Part shown: positions 38,965-50,520 of the stretch, in pieces
How the letters are laid out: each line of letters starts with the position of its first letter
Position numbering within the stretch: the first letter of the stretch is position 1
Notes under the pieces: model-generated
Database searches by the model: none
What the model was told of the DNA's origin: nothing
The model's input: the letters and a program-made list of their open reading frames with translations, nothing else
DNA from: Eukaryota sp. GEM-RC1
Lineage: Eukaryota
Assembly: GCA_040285855.1 (NCBI GenBank)
Contig: JAUFOQ010000004.1
Coordinates: 496,001 to 560,000 of the forward strand
DNA length: 64,000 nucleotides
Reading direction: 5' to 3'
Translations under genes and position numbers: made by a program

Positions 38965-39919
38965 CACTCTACCCTGGATATAGTGCGCTCATTTTGGTAC
39001 GCACTATATCCAAAAGCGCACTATATAGAGTAAAATGCTTGTGCATGATGGTCATTGTAGATGTGGTCTTTATTGGTTATAAACTAGGTTCTCAGTACAT
39101 TTGTCTAGAAGATGAGCAAGGTCACGGTTCCGGAACAGCTGAAGACCGGGATTAGTGTTCGTGTAATTTTATGAGGGTGGTTTGTGGTGAAAGTGTGTAC
39201 ATCCGGATTCCTAATCAATTGACTTAGCAACACTTAGTTCTCTGCCGATTCAACATGATGAAGATAAGAGTGAAGTTGTGAAAAGGTCAGACGGTTCCCA
39301 AAACCTCACAAGCGTAGTTTTCAAGTAACTTACGACAGGAAGTGGTGCGTACAAAGTTCTGAAGACCTCAAACCCATTAAAAGCCCACCACTTGTTGAGG
39401 AAGTGATTATTCTCAGAATTCTTCTCAATATCAGCAAAATGGACACCCAATGCATTGTTAATGACATCGGTTCCTTCTATATCAATAGAGAGAGGAGATG
39501 TCAAAGGGAAAACTGAGATGTCCTCATTGAAGAATAGAAGTTGTCTCATATAAAGAGTAACGTCCACAAAGATCACGGAAGCAACTATTGATGTAGTCTC
39601 ATATTGAGAAAGGATAACGCGATGAAGTTTATTGATGGAAGAAGACTATAACAAAAGTGATGGAATGCACCAAAAGAGAACATGGCACGACAGAAGGAGA
39701 TATGATATACCAACAGAGTTGGAGGAGACAAAATGTCTGGCAGTGAAAAGCAGTGTTCGAAAATTTTCCACCCGGACGCCACCCGGGTGGTGGGTGGAAC
39801 TCAGGTGGCACCCGGGTGGTTTTCATTTCCACCCGGGTGGTTTTCAAACACTGGTGAAAAGTGCGCACTATATCCAGGGCGCACTATATAAAGTAGCGCA
39901 CTATATCCAGGGTAGACTG
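38965..39919. mobile_element. Non-autonomous pogo/Tc1-type element carrying a non-transposase ORF remnant
   Basis: TIRs CA(C/G)TCTACCCTGGATATAGTGCGC flanked by TA; GCACTATAT subterminal repeats. Confidence 0.88.
39751..39853. mobile_element. 103-bp hAT-type MITE (CCACCCGG repeats) nested in the pogo-type element
   Basis: TIRs CAGTGTTCGAAAA / TTTTCAAACACTG; perfect 8-bp TSD GTGAAAAG. Confidence 0.92.
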
Positions 39920-40847
39920 TACTTTTCCGCTTTTACTATCAATCCAATGAGGGAAAGCATCAAGTGACGCTTTTACAGAGTTATTGTTAATAACATCAGA
40001 AACAACATTTATACTTTTTCGTATTCAATGTCAAGGAATTGTTCAAAGACAATGTAGTGGTAGTCTTAATCATAATTTTCGCGGAAAAGTAGCAATCCTT
40101 GAATTTTGATATTTTTAAAGTAAATGTAGTAAAAAAAAGTATATACTAGTAGATGAACGGGGATATATTCATTTTTTAATAGGTATTTAAATAAATTCTC
40201 TAAATTTAACTTGATCAATCCTACCACTGAAAATCTATTTATCTGGCTTCACAATTCCTAACGTATGTACACTACTACATGTAGTATGCTGAATCTATCA
40301 AAGCATGATCACACTTTATAGTACAATACAATCAGTACACACCAAATAGAATCACAATGAGACAACACATTGTTTAAACGATGGGTGCCATTTACGCTAC
40401 AGTGTGTGTCAGAATGATATACTTGATGAACTAAATTCAATACCATCTGTGAGTATTATTGATCGCACACAAAGATACTGCATTTTGTTAAGTGTCTGAT
40501 TATTATTGTTATTGTGTCTCGAATTTCTTGAACTAGGAGTAAGAAACGAAGTACTTTATGAGCTCTTTGTTGTACATAAATCTACCTGTGCTAGGTGTCG
40601 CAACAGTACTCAGATTAGATACATTGATACAATAGTGATGGTGGACTACTCATTACATCTTTTGTAACTGAAATATCATATATGTAATGTATCTCAGAAA
40701 CGACTATGAAATGTGGCACACAATATTGTAGAGCAGTTGTTTATCTAAAAAAGAAAACATAGCAGAATCAATTACACCGACAAAGCAGTGTTTATGTTCG
40801 GAATCCAAGAGGTATGTTCAAAATAACTGGAGATGAAAGATGAAAAA

Positions 40848-41262
40848 CTAGAAGCGTAACTTAGTGAAGAACCACATGTTTTGTCCAGATCTGTATCTAT
40901 CCTCAAATGACTTTTTGATGGACTTGAGATCTTCCTCGGGTGCTTCTAGAGAGATATCGGGCATGGCGAGTTCCAACTTATAGCGAGTGGGGAGTAGATG
41001 TGTAAGGTTGATAACCTTGATGAAAGGCTTAACGGTGGTTCGCTTTTTGATGGCCTCTTGAGACATGCTGCGGGTGACCTTCAATGGATAACGGTCGATA
41101 CCAGCAATGATACAATGACCATAAGGACGGGTCTTGGTTCCGCGCTCGTGGACCTTGACAATAACAGCTTTTCTACCGGCATATTTACCAGAGAGAACAA
41201 TGACAACCTTTCCAGGGGTGAGGCTTCGGTAAGATCGGGATTCATTCATACAATTTGACCAT
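40848..41262 (-). CDS. RPL27: 60S ribosomal protein L27 (eL27); 28-nt intron at 41224-41251
   Basis: Splicing GTATGA...CGAAG gives MVKFLTPGKVVIVLSGKYAGRKAV; C-terminus WFFTKLRF. Confidence 0.97.
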
Positions 41263-41880
41263 TCTGTTAGCGGAAGGAAAAGGAAAATTTTCCCACCGTC
41301 AATGTCACTTAAATCAGGGTGGATATCCACATACATTCCCCCAGCATCCAGTTTTTGATGGTTTACGGGAACATCTGCATTTCCCTCTTCTTGGCAAACT
41401 TCTGAATTTTCTGCTTCACTTCAACGATTCCCTTCACATAAAGTACTCTCAATCTCCCGGTCCATTGTGCCATATCACTGAAAGTAAATCTTGCTAGGTT
41501 CAAGGGACTAAAAACATGGAACTCGCCGTTTTACTTCATCGAGACTCCTCTTTTGTTTGCTGTTTTTGGTAATGTTTCGATTGGGTATCTTTTTGAACTT
41601 GCAAAGCACAGAAATTCACACGATTCAGTTTGCTTTAGATTCAGCACTATTACTGCTATTTCTGACGAAATGTTGTCATTGTATTGTTTTAGTACGTTAA
41701 GAGAGTAATGGTGAACAAAATGTGTCTTAATAATTTGCTATATTAAAACGACAGTATATAAGCAACTTATTTCTTACAGAAATAACATAAAGGACATACA
41801 GTATCTATTGGTGAGTCTACTACACGCACTAGTACAGTAGTAGCTGTTGAAGACGGAAATTGACTAGAGGTTTTCTCAAA

Positions 41881-42705
41881 ATGTTGATATCCACTCTACT
41901 AGGTGACTCCTTTTATTCGCTGTTCGGCGATCCCACCAACCCGCTGGTGGTTATAATACATGGTATCACTTCATCCTCTTCGAACATGGTACAAATAGCC
42001 AAATCCTTATCTAACCAGGGTTTGTACGTATTAACGTTTGATCTACCAGGACATGGTGAGTCTGCTTCCTTTACGACCCAAATCTCTACAGAAATTCTTA
42101 TTGAACATGTTGAGTCTCTATTGTCTTCTTTGTCTCTCCTATCTAGACCATTCCATCTTATTGGTCATTCCATGGGAGGGTGCATTGCTGTTATCCTAGC
42201 TGCATCGTCACTTTTTACCATATCATCTCTCACTCTAATCGCTCCATACATCGCTCCAGACAATGAACCATTTGCTGCAAAGTTTCTACGAGTTCCTCTT
42301 TTAAATAAACTGATTCTTAAAGTAATGGGAGGAAGTCAACTAATTCAACATCTCGCAGATTCTAATAAGAATCCAGCTACTGTACAGTTTCTACAAGACG
42401 AACTGCTGCAATTATTCTCAAAAAGACCAGAGTTTCTTACTTCTACTTTTCTGAATTACTACTGTAATGTTTTGAATGTCAACTTCTCTCACTCTTATTC
42501 CTTTGTTGGTCGTTCTTCACTCCCTGTCATGTATCTTCGTGGGGACGGAGATTTGGTAATTCCTGATTCTTCAATGAAGATGGCACTGGGTTGTCTTCCC
42601 GAAGTGAAGGTGGTGATTGCTGAGGGCTTTGGTCATGAAATTCAGGTTGAAGCACCTGAATTCATCGTTGAGCATTGCGTGCAATTTCTTCATGATCTGA
42701 ATTAA
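41881..42705 (+). CDS. Alpha/beta-hydrolase fold protein
   Basis: VIIHG, FDLPGHGES, GHSMGG nucleophile elbow, GDGDLVIP, GHE. Confidence 0.92.
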   Translation: MLISTLLGDSFYSLFGDPTNPLVVIIHGITSSSSNMVQIAKSLSNQGLYVLTFDLPGHGESASFTTQISTEILIEHVESLLSSLSLLSRPFHLIGHSMGGCIAVILAASSLFTISSLTLIAPYIAPDNEPFAAKFLRVPLLNKLILKVMGGSQLIQHLADSNKNPATVQFLQDELLQLFSKRPEFLTSTFLNYYCNVLNVNFSHSYSFVGRSSLPVMYLRGDGDLVIPDSSMKMALGCLPEVKVVIAEGFGHEIQVEAPEFIVEHCVQFLHDLN

Positions 42706-43084
42706 ATGTATATAATATAATAAAATTCCATTATTTTATGTCAATTGAGATCAAAGCAGTGTTCGAAATTTCGTATGTGTTTTTTTAACGAGGACACCGC
42801 GTCGGTGCTTATTGTGGTAGAGTGTTTAGAAAAGCAATCAAGGCAAACAAAGTAGAAATGTACTCTGTGGCTTTTTTTAAAAAGAAACCGCCTCTATGTC
42901 CAAACGTGACTTCGATCACTGGATCAAAGCTCATTGTCAGAAAATTACTACTTTGGACGAAGTTTCTGGAAAATTCAGTACTCCTTTTCCGTTATTTGAC
43001 TAGCCTTGGTCATTTTCATATTTAAACCAATTTTATAAAACTAATCTCTCTTCCGTTAATCAATTCTAGGTGTTGTAATTATTC

Positions 43085-43627
43085 TGTGTTTTACGAATTG
43101 GTCTTTTCTGTTTGTTGATCCTCTATACTCATTTTGTTGACGATTCAACTTGCTCTTGTGGAGTTAATGGTGTTTTTCGTCATTTAGTTAATTCTCGTTA
43201 TTTTATTCATCTATGTGCAGCAATTCATGATGTTGTACGTGATTCTTGTTATTCCATGTTTAAAGCACATGGTTTTCACTCTAAAGTTGAACCAGTTTAG
43301 AATCATCTTTCAGAAAATGAATGTACTGATCAAAAAGAGGGGATTTCCATACTCCGTGGCTTAAATCGAGTCAATCATTAAGAGAGAAGACTTTACTCGG
43401 TACCCAATAAGGTAACCTTCCTACAAAACTAAGAGATTGTAAAACCAAACAAATCATTAACGGATTTTACTACAGTGGATGTTACAAATCTTGTGTTAGC
43501 AGGATGTTAGATTCTACTCTTAATCCATTAAGCTGCTGAAAAGCTCAAACACTCCAAGTATGACTCTCAAGTAGAAGAATCAAATCGAAACTCATATTCC
43601 AAATTTGTGTTTCAACCTTTTACTGTG
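43085..43627 (+). mobile_element. Older degenerate family-C RLE retroelement fragment, interrupted by an inverted 70-bp copy of the family 3' end
   Basis: CSCG...HLVN...IHDVVRD...FKAHGFHSKVEP, then DFTTVDV; insert 43382-43451 with 9-bp TSD AATCATTAA. Confidence 0.85.
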
Positions 43628-43838
43628 TTTTTATAAAATATTCAATACACTTTTTCCTAAAGGGACATTATTTATCATTTTTATTTTAGTTATTTCATTA
43701 TCTCCGTTCAATACACTTACGTTTTCTCAAAAATTTTTAACCAGTTTATCCATTGGATAAACTACATTGTAGTTAAAGAGTTACAGTATACAATAAGATG
43801 TAAAACAGTATCTCAATTGGCCGTATAGTTCTCTATAA

Positions 43839-44379
43839 GAGAGAGATGTTTATTCGGCACCCAATAAGGTAACCTTTCTACAAACTATGAAATTGTAAAA
43901 ACAAACAAATAATACTAAGATTAAATCCAAACGACTTCATCACCACCCGGTAAAAGATTACGTTTATCTACATGAACCTTCACACCAAACTTGTACAATT
44001 TCTCAATTAATCTAGAGAAATAGAAAGGCATGTTCCGATATAAGGAAAACACTATACGGTTTTTCCATTCAGCCATTCTAAACTTACGCTTCTTTTCTTT
44101 ACACAATTCATCGAAATCTTTGAAAAATTGATCACCAGCAGGACTAATAGATCCAAAAAGAGAAACAGCAAAAGGTTGAAACACAAATTTGGAATATGAG
44201 TTTCTATTTAATTCTTCTACTTGAGAGTCATACTTGGAGTGTTTGAGCTTTTCAGCTGCTGTTAATGGATTAAAAGAAGAATCTAATATCCTACTAACAC
44301 AAGATTTGTTACATACATCTACTGTAGTAAAATCCATTAATGCTTGACTCGATTTAAGCCACGGAGTATGTAGATCCCC
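43839..44379 (-). mobile_element. Short RLE retroelement copy, family C (ORF 43921-44337 intact)
   Basis: 10-bp TSD TTCTCTATAA (43829-43838, 44380-44389); nearly identical to 19965-20500. Confidence 0.93.
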
Positions 44380-45028
44380 TTCTCTATAATGCTTTACGGT
44401 TTTTTTCGTTGATTTGATATCAACAATGCGGAAATCAAATGTTGTTGAACGATTTTACGTAGTCAAGCGTAAATTAGTAATTTGCCATGATGTCATCAAC
44501 CTAAGAACGACTTTAAGAAATCTATAGTCGACATTTGAGCTCTTCAAATTCTTTTCAGACGAATGAGAGTTCATGCTACGACATATTCACTGTAGTAAAT
44601 AAAGGCTATGACTATGACACATAACTGGGTCTATCTCTTAGACCCGCTCCAAGTGATTCTCCACAATGGTCTTGATGTTGATACATTCCAACTTGCGATT
44701 ACACACTGTGTCCTTTGAAAAGTCAGTGAATACGATTACTAATTTTTCCATCAGGACCATCTTGAAATGATGTACTGGAACTTCTATCGGTTTTGTAATA
44801 TGTTTCTCTATAAGCCTCATTGCACACGGTGTTACCAAAAGAGTAGCCATGTTCAACGAGTTGGCATATACTCGTCTTAAAGGAATACAGTCACGCTCTG
44901 TTGCTTTTTTTCCATGCTCTTACGTTTTGGACTTAAGTCTTAATAGAGATGAAGTCAAAATGATTGTACAGATTTATACTATAAACAAATAGATACACTA
45001 AACAGAAGTAATGAGGTATTCAGTACTC

Positions 45029-46412
45029 TTAATGACATCCAAACTTTTGCATGGCAGCAGCTACTTTCATAAAACCAGCGCAGTTAGCTCCCAACATATA
45101 GTCGTGGGGTTTGTTGAGATCAGCAGCAGTATCACGAGCAGTTTCAAAAATGTTTTTCATGATTTGCTTTAACTTTTCGTCAACTTCTTCACGAGTCCAT
45201 CGGAGACGCATAGAGTTTTGGGTCATTTCCAAACCAGAAACTGAAACACCACCTGCGTTGGCAGCCTTTCCGGGTCCATAAAGGAAGGGGATTCCGTTAG
45301 GGCCCTTAGCAGCAACATATTGATGAATGGCAGCGGGAACTGATGGCATGTTAGCTCCTTCGGAAACAAGGAAACATCCGTTCTTCAAAAGAAGAGTAGC
45401 ATCTTCAGCGGAGATTTCGTTCTGAGTGGCACATGGGAATGCAAGTTCACAAGGAACTTCCCAAGGTCTCTTACCTGCAAAGTACTTGGCGGTAGAAGAA
45501 TACTTGGGGTATTCAGAAAGACGAGCACGGTCCACATTCTTCAATTTCATAAGAATGGCGAGTTTTTCGCGGGTAATACCTTCGGGTTCATAAATGTAAC
45601 CAGATGAGTCAGATAGGGTGATAGGAATGGCACCCAAATCGAGCAACTTTTCGGTAGCAAACTGGGCAACATTACCAGCACCAGAGACGACACATCTCTT
45701 TCCCTTGATTTCAAGACCATGTTCCTTCAACATATTGTCGGCAAAGTAAACAGCACCGTATCCGGTAGCTTCGGGGCGGATGAGAGAACCACCATATTCG
45801 TATCCTTTTCCAGTGAGGACACCTTCCCAAGCGTTTCTGATACGCTTATATTGTCCAAACATGTAACCGACTTCACGAGCACCGACACCAATATCTCCAG
45901 CGGGAACATCAGTGTTGGGTCCAAGATATCTTTGCAATTCAGTCATGAAAGATTGGCAGAAATGCATAACTTCGGCTTCAGTTTTACCCTTAGGATCGAA
46001 ATCAGCTCCACCCTTACCAGCACCAAGAGGAAGTCCAGTAAGAGCATTCTTAAAGATTTGTTCGAAACCAAGGAATTTGATTACAGAAAGGTTGACAGAA
46101 GGATGGAAACGACATCCACCTTTGTAGGGGCCAAGAGAACTGTTGAACTGAACACGCATGCCTCTGTTGACACGGATGTTACCCTCCTTGTCCATCCAGG
46201 GAACGCGGAAGATGATCATTCTTTCAGGTTCGATCAAGGTTTCCAAGATAGGAAGATAATGGGGATATTTCTCAAGAACAGGGGCTAAGGTGGAGAAAAC
46301 TTCCTCAACAGCTTGGAGAAACTGAGGTAAAACCATATATCAAGCATACTTCTTTCTGATCGGGATCACGGGTTTTAACACGTTCGTACAAGGCGTCGAT
46401 TTGTTGTTGCAT
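45029..46412 (-). CDS. gdhA: NADP-specific glutamate dehydrogenase (GdhA type); 28-nt intron at 46322-46349
   Basis: Spliced N-terminus MQQQIDALYERVKTRDPDQKE|FLQAVEEV; GPYKGGCRFHP, GKGGADFDP, DVPAGDIGVG, RPEATGYG, GAGNVA. Confidence 0.97.
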
Positions 46413-46766
46413 TTGTTCAAAATAATGCAGAGCTGATGTACAAAATCCAACTTAATTTGGTCGATCAAAAAGTTATCTGACTTCAAACGAATTTTGGCCT
46501 GACAGGTCCTACTGACGTTTTAGGGCATGTCTCAACCTATCTTCTATTAATGTTCGATGTACTTGAATTAGACTAATTAGTTCTTGGTGCTCATTATTCC
46601 AACATCATTGCAACAAACATTGCAGAAATGATCACCAGTTTCATTGATACATAAGTTGATCAGCACTACAAGTGTTGCATACTACATAAATCTGATGTTT
46701 GTGTATCTAAAGAGATATCCTATTGGTTTGCAACTAGATAACTGATTGAAACCAAGCACAGCACAA

Positions 46767-48059
46767 ATGATACTTCTCTTAGCTTTAGTAATATCAACAT
46801 GTGTTTCCATGAGATTGTCCTGTGATGACTACATAGTTTCATCTTCTGAATGCTTCACTATTCACTCAAAATCTTGTAAGACCACCATCTCTCTAGTTAG
46901 TGATCATCTATGGTACTTCTGGTATAACAGTCACCGTGGATCTTCTTATGAGCTAGTTCTACACGATCTTCATTCTGATCAACTCGATCTGTCCGTTGCG
47001 TCACCGACACTACTTCTCAGTAATACTACTCTTTTATTTTCAGCAAACGATGCTGAGCTGTCTGTTTGTTTTTCGAGTATCACTTATTCTTCACATTTCT
47101 CTCTCATACATTCCTCTCTCAACTATGATGTAGGATTTGTTTGGATCAATAGTAGTACTCTTCCATCGGACTCAACTTATGATCTTACCATCCCTTTATC
47201 AACAGCATCGACAGTTTCAATATCATTCCTTGCTGCTGGCTCTCTTGATGTATCAATCAATCACAACGATGCTTCCAGAAATGTAAAACCTGGGATATCT
47301 ACTATTTCTCTCGATTCTACATTCACTCTCTTACTTTCATCTTATTCATCTACACTTCCTCCGTTCTTTCTCTTACAATGGTCTCCTACACCGTCATCAA
47401 AGTCCGTCTGGATTAGTTGGCTGCTGTTTTTTATTCTTACTCTACCATTTCTCTTTGTGATTCTCTATGTCGTACGTCATTTATTTAGTAAACATCAAGA
47501 AGCCGAGTCAGTCATTACTCAACGTTCTTCTCTCCCCAGTCCTCCCCCTCTTCCTCTCTACTACCAACCTTCTTCAGACCAAACCTCTTCTGATACAACC
47601 ACTCTTCAACCCCTTCCTTCTCTATCAGTTGGATCAATGGCTGATCTTCAGTTTAGTCCAATGTCTGCCCCTGGTGATCTCACCCTTCCTATACCTCCTC
47701 ATCGTAGAGCTTGGTCAACTCTTCCAACTCTGTCCGCTGTCTCCCATCCCCTCTCCAAGTCTCAACTTTCCTATATCTCATCTCCCATTGACTTTGAAGG
47801 ACTGTTGGCAAAGAAAGCTCAACAAGTGGTTCCTGAGGAGTTAATATGCCCAATCTCCCTCGAAGTCCCTTCTTCTCCAGTTATACTTAACGATGGCTAC
47901 ATTTATGAACGTAAACTGATAGAAGAATGGTTGGATAAATGTGATATTAGTCCAATGACTGGTCTTCCTATGAGTGATATCAATATGGTGACGTCATGGC
48001 CAGTCAGGAATTTGTGCAGAGAGTGGAGGGAGAAGTTGGCTGTAAAAAAAGAATTATAG
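46767..48059 (+). CDS. Type I membrane protein with a cytoplasmic U-box domain
   Basis: Signal peptide, TM WISWLLFFILTLPFLFVILYVV, Ser/Pro linker, U-box VPEELICPIS...DGYIYERKLIEEWL...SPMTG. Confidence 0.88.
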   Translation: MILLLALVISTCVSMRLSCDDYIVSSSECFTIHSKSCKTTISLVSDHLWYFWYNSHRGSSYELVLHDLHSDQLDLSVASPTLLLSNTTLLFSANDAELSVCFSSITYSSHFSLIHSSLNYDVGFVWINSSTLPSDSTYDLTIPLSTASTVSISFLAAGSLDVSINHNDASRNVKPGISTISLDSTFTLLLSSYSSTLPPFFLLQWSPTPSSKSVWISWLLFFILTLPFLFVILYVVRHLFSKHQEAESVITQRSSLPSPPPLPLYYQPSSDQTSSDTTTLQPLPSLSVGSMADLQFSPMSAPGDLTLPIPPHRRAWSTLPTLSAVSHPLSKSQLSYISSPIDFEGLLAKKAQQVVPEELICPISLEVPSSPVILNDGYIYERKLIEEWLDKCDISPMTGLPMSDINMVTSWPVRNLCREWREKLAVKKEL

Positions 48060-48124
48060 AATTAGATCATTTTTGTATTTGTGGTAGTGCTTATAAATGA
48101 GTTGCTTATTGATACATGGTTCAG

Positions 48125-48914
48125 TTAATTGTCCTTCGATTTCTTCTTAATCTCATCCAAGGATAACGATAGGCTGTTGAACTGATCAGCCAGTAGTTGT
48201 TTGATTTGATCAGACGCATCGTCAAGGGCTTTCTTGATCACGTCTTGAGCAGTTTCTTCGTCGTTTTCCTCTCCTTCATTGTTTTCAACAGGTTCATCTT
48301 CTGGTTTTAGTGATTCTTCTTCAGGTTGATCCTCAGGTACATCTTGTTGTTCCGATGGCTCCTCCTCCTGTTGTTCAATGACTTCTGGTTGTACAAGAGT
48401 GGCTTCCGTGAGTGGTGGTATTGTTGGGGGAGAAAACTGAGGTTGAATGGTTGAGTAACAACAATGAAGCTCTACGAACTGTGTAGGGATGAACACGTGT
48501 TTGTACATGTCATAGTACTTGAAATATGTATCAGTGAAGAACTTTGTAATGTTTTGAACATCGAAATGAGAGAAAAAAGCAATTGAAAACGGAGGCCTTT
48601 GAACGGAATGTTTGATTATAAGCTCTTTGAAAAGGTCAAAAGATTTTTGAAGTGAATACAGACCTGACATTGAGGTTGAGTGTAGATGTTGAGTAATTGC
48701 AAGTAGAATGGCACATTTTTGAGGGTGTGAGAGAGTGGCGTTTGCCAAAGTAGAAGATGGATAAGTAGAGGTCAAGAAGGATGGTCGTTATGTGAGGTTC
48801 TTCTTGTAGTTCAAGATAGCTTGCTAAACCTATTCTGCGATCTTCTATATCAGGGCAGGAAAGTAGGTAGGAAACTTGGTCATTGGTCAATGACCCTTTA
48901 GTGAATAAAGTCAT
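48125..48914 (-). CDS. CFAP119: CFAP119/CCDC189-like central-apparatus protein; +1 frameshift at ~48716-48720
   Basis: ILLDLY, FKELIIKHSVQRPPFSIAFFS...YFKYYDMYKHVF; Glu-rich tail. Confidence 0.8.
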
Positions 48915-49446
48915 TAGTAAGAGCTTGTAAAGGACAACAACAGGGTGAGATCTCTGGTTTATGAAGTTGAAGAAATTCTGACTTTTATGAGACAAGTTGC
49001 AATTGATACATCAAACTAAAAAACCCAGTTGTACGTTTTTAGTGTAAACACTTATCATTCGTTATGTTGCTTTACAAATACCATTGGAACAGTTTCAATC
49101 TTACATGTTATAGGTCTACTCTTGAGTTGTCCAGTTTGTCCAATACTTGATTCGAATACTTTATTATTTGTACTGACATCTCGGTTATTGAAAGAATATT
49201 CATTGAAAAGAAGTCGAATAAGTATCGAGATTAAATACTTGAATAATTGATCTTACATGTAGCTTAAATGACTAACAGATTGTCACTGTTTGTTTAATTA
49301 TATATCTTTATAGGACAGATTTTTTAAAACAGTGACATAAGAACAAAAACTAAAACTATGTTCAGAAAACAAGTAGGTGTAGCTTATTGTAAGTTGGAAA
49401 CAAAAAGCAACAATGACACTACAAGATGTCACTCTTTCAGTTACAG

Positions 49447-50168
49447 TAGAGCTGGGCACAGACTGACTAGACTAGACTACAGACTACACCATTAGACTAC
49501 GGACTAGACTTAGGCGAGAGAAAGATACTAAGTAGTAGACATGAAACTGGAACGAAACTTTCGTACACTTTCTACACCCCCTGTGTGATCAGCTGATTTG
49601 CGTGTTGGACAATGATATCTGAATAAGAGATATTCCCAACTCAACTTTCTTGACTAGGAGCGTGCTGAACGTACTTCATTATCTCTGGTGGAATAATGCT
49701 GATATCAGAAATCTAGACTAAATAGTTTTGTCCAAACATGAATTTATAACAAAAAATTCTACTGAAACACTAGAAGTCAAATACATCAAAGGCAGCCCAT
49801 GATATTAAACAAACAAGCGCTGGAAGGTTTTACCATCCGGAGCACAAAGGAGGCAGCGCTTCTGATTGCCACTTGCTGCTGGCTTATAGAATTAATGACC
49901 GTTCCATCTCTGTTTTGGAGACAATGGTTGTAGAGAAAGTCTGGGCATTTCAGAAGGTTCAGACATTGTGTTAAAAATAGTAGACTAATGATTACACCTA
50001 TTTGTTATGAACAGACTACGGACTAGACTACGGACTTAATGAATAGACTACGGACTTAATGAATAGACTACGGACCAGACTAAGACTAAGTGAGTAGACT
50101 ACGATTTAGACTAAATGCTTAGTCTAGTCTATAGTCAGTAGACTAGTCTAGTCGAATGCCCAGCTCTA
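49447..50168. mobile_element. hAT-type MITE (AGACT repeats)
   Basis: 12-bp TIRs TAGAGCTGGGCA / TGCCCAGCTCTA; 8-bp TSD AGTTACAG / AGTTACTG. Confidence 0.9.
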
Positions 50169-50520
50169 AGTTACTGTATCAAAAATGCACAACTTATAAA
50201 AAATATAAAAAATACAATACAGGAGACGATTTGATATAATACAAAAAATATAAAAAATACATAATACAAAAACTACAATAAGACTGTATTTTTCAGGTTA
50301 TTGTTATGGTTAGAACAGTAATGTGCAAAATGTTTTAGACTTCTGTCCTAAAGTAAAGTGTTATAGAACAACAAGTGTTAAATGCAGACACAAGTTTACT
50401 GTAATTGTAATTAGAAGGCGTTGTTTCAATATACTCAAATTAATCAACCACAAAACGTTCCCCAGTTCATCAGTATCATCCATCAAGTTCTAAAAGTCAT
50501 TGATTTGCTACATTCCTTTC

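Noticed and set aside
41263..41336. N-terminal extension of RPL27 in the ORF track
   Set aside because: Removing the 28-nt intron gives the canonical MVKFL start at 41262
45719..46288. 189-aa plus-strand ORF
   Set aside because: Antisense shadow of GDH caused by codon bias
48700..48730. Euplotes-type AAA-stop +1 programmed frameshift
   Set aside because: No stop follows the AAA, and the other shift sites share no such motif
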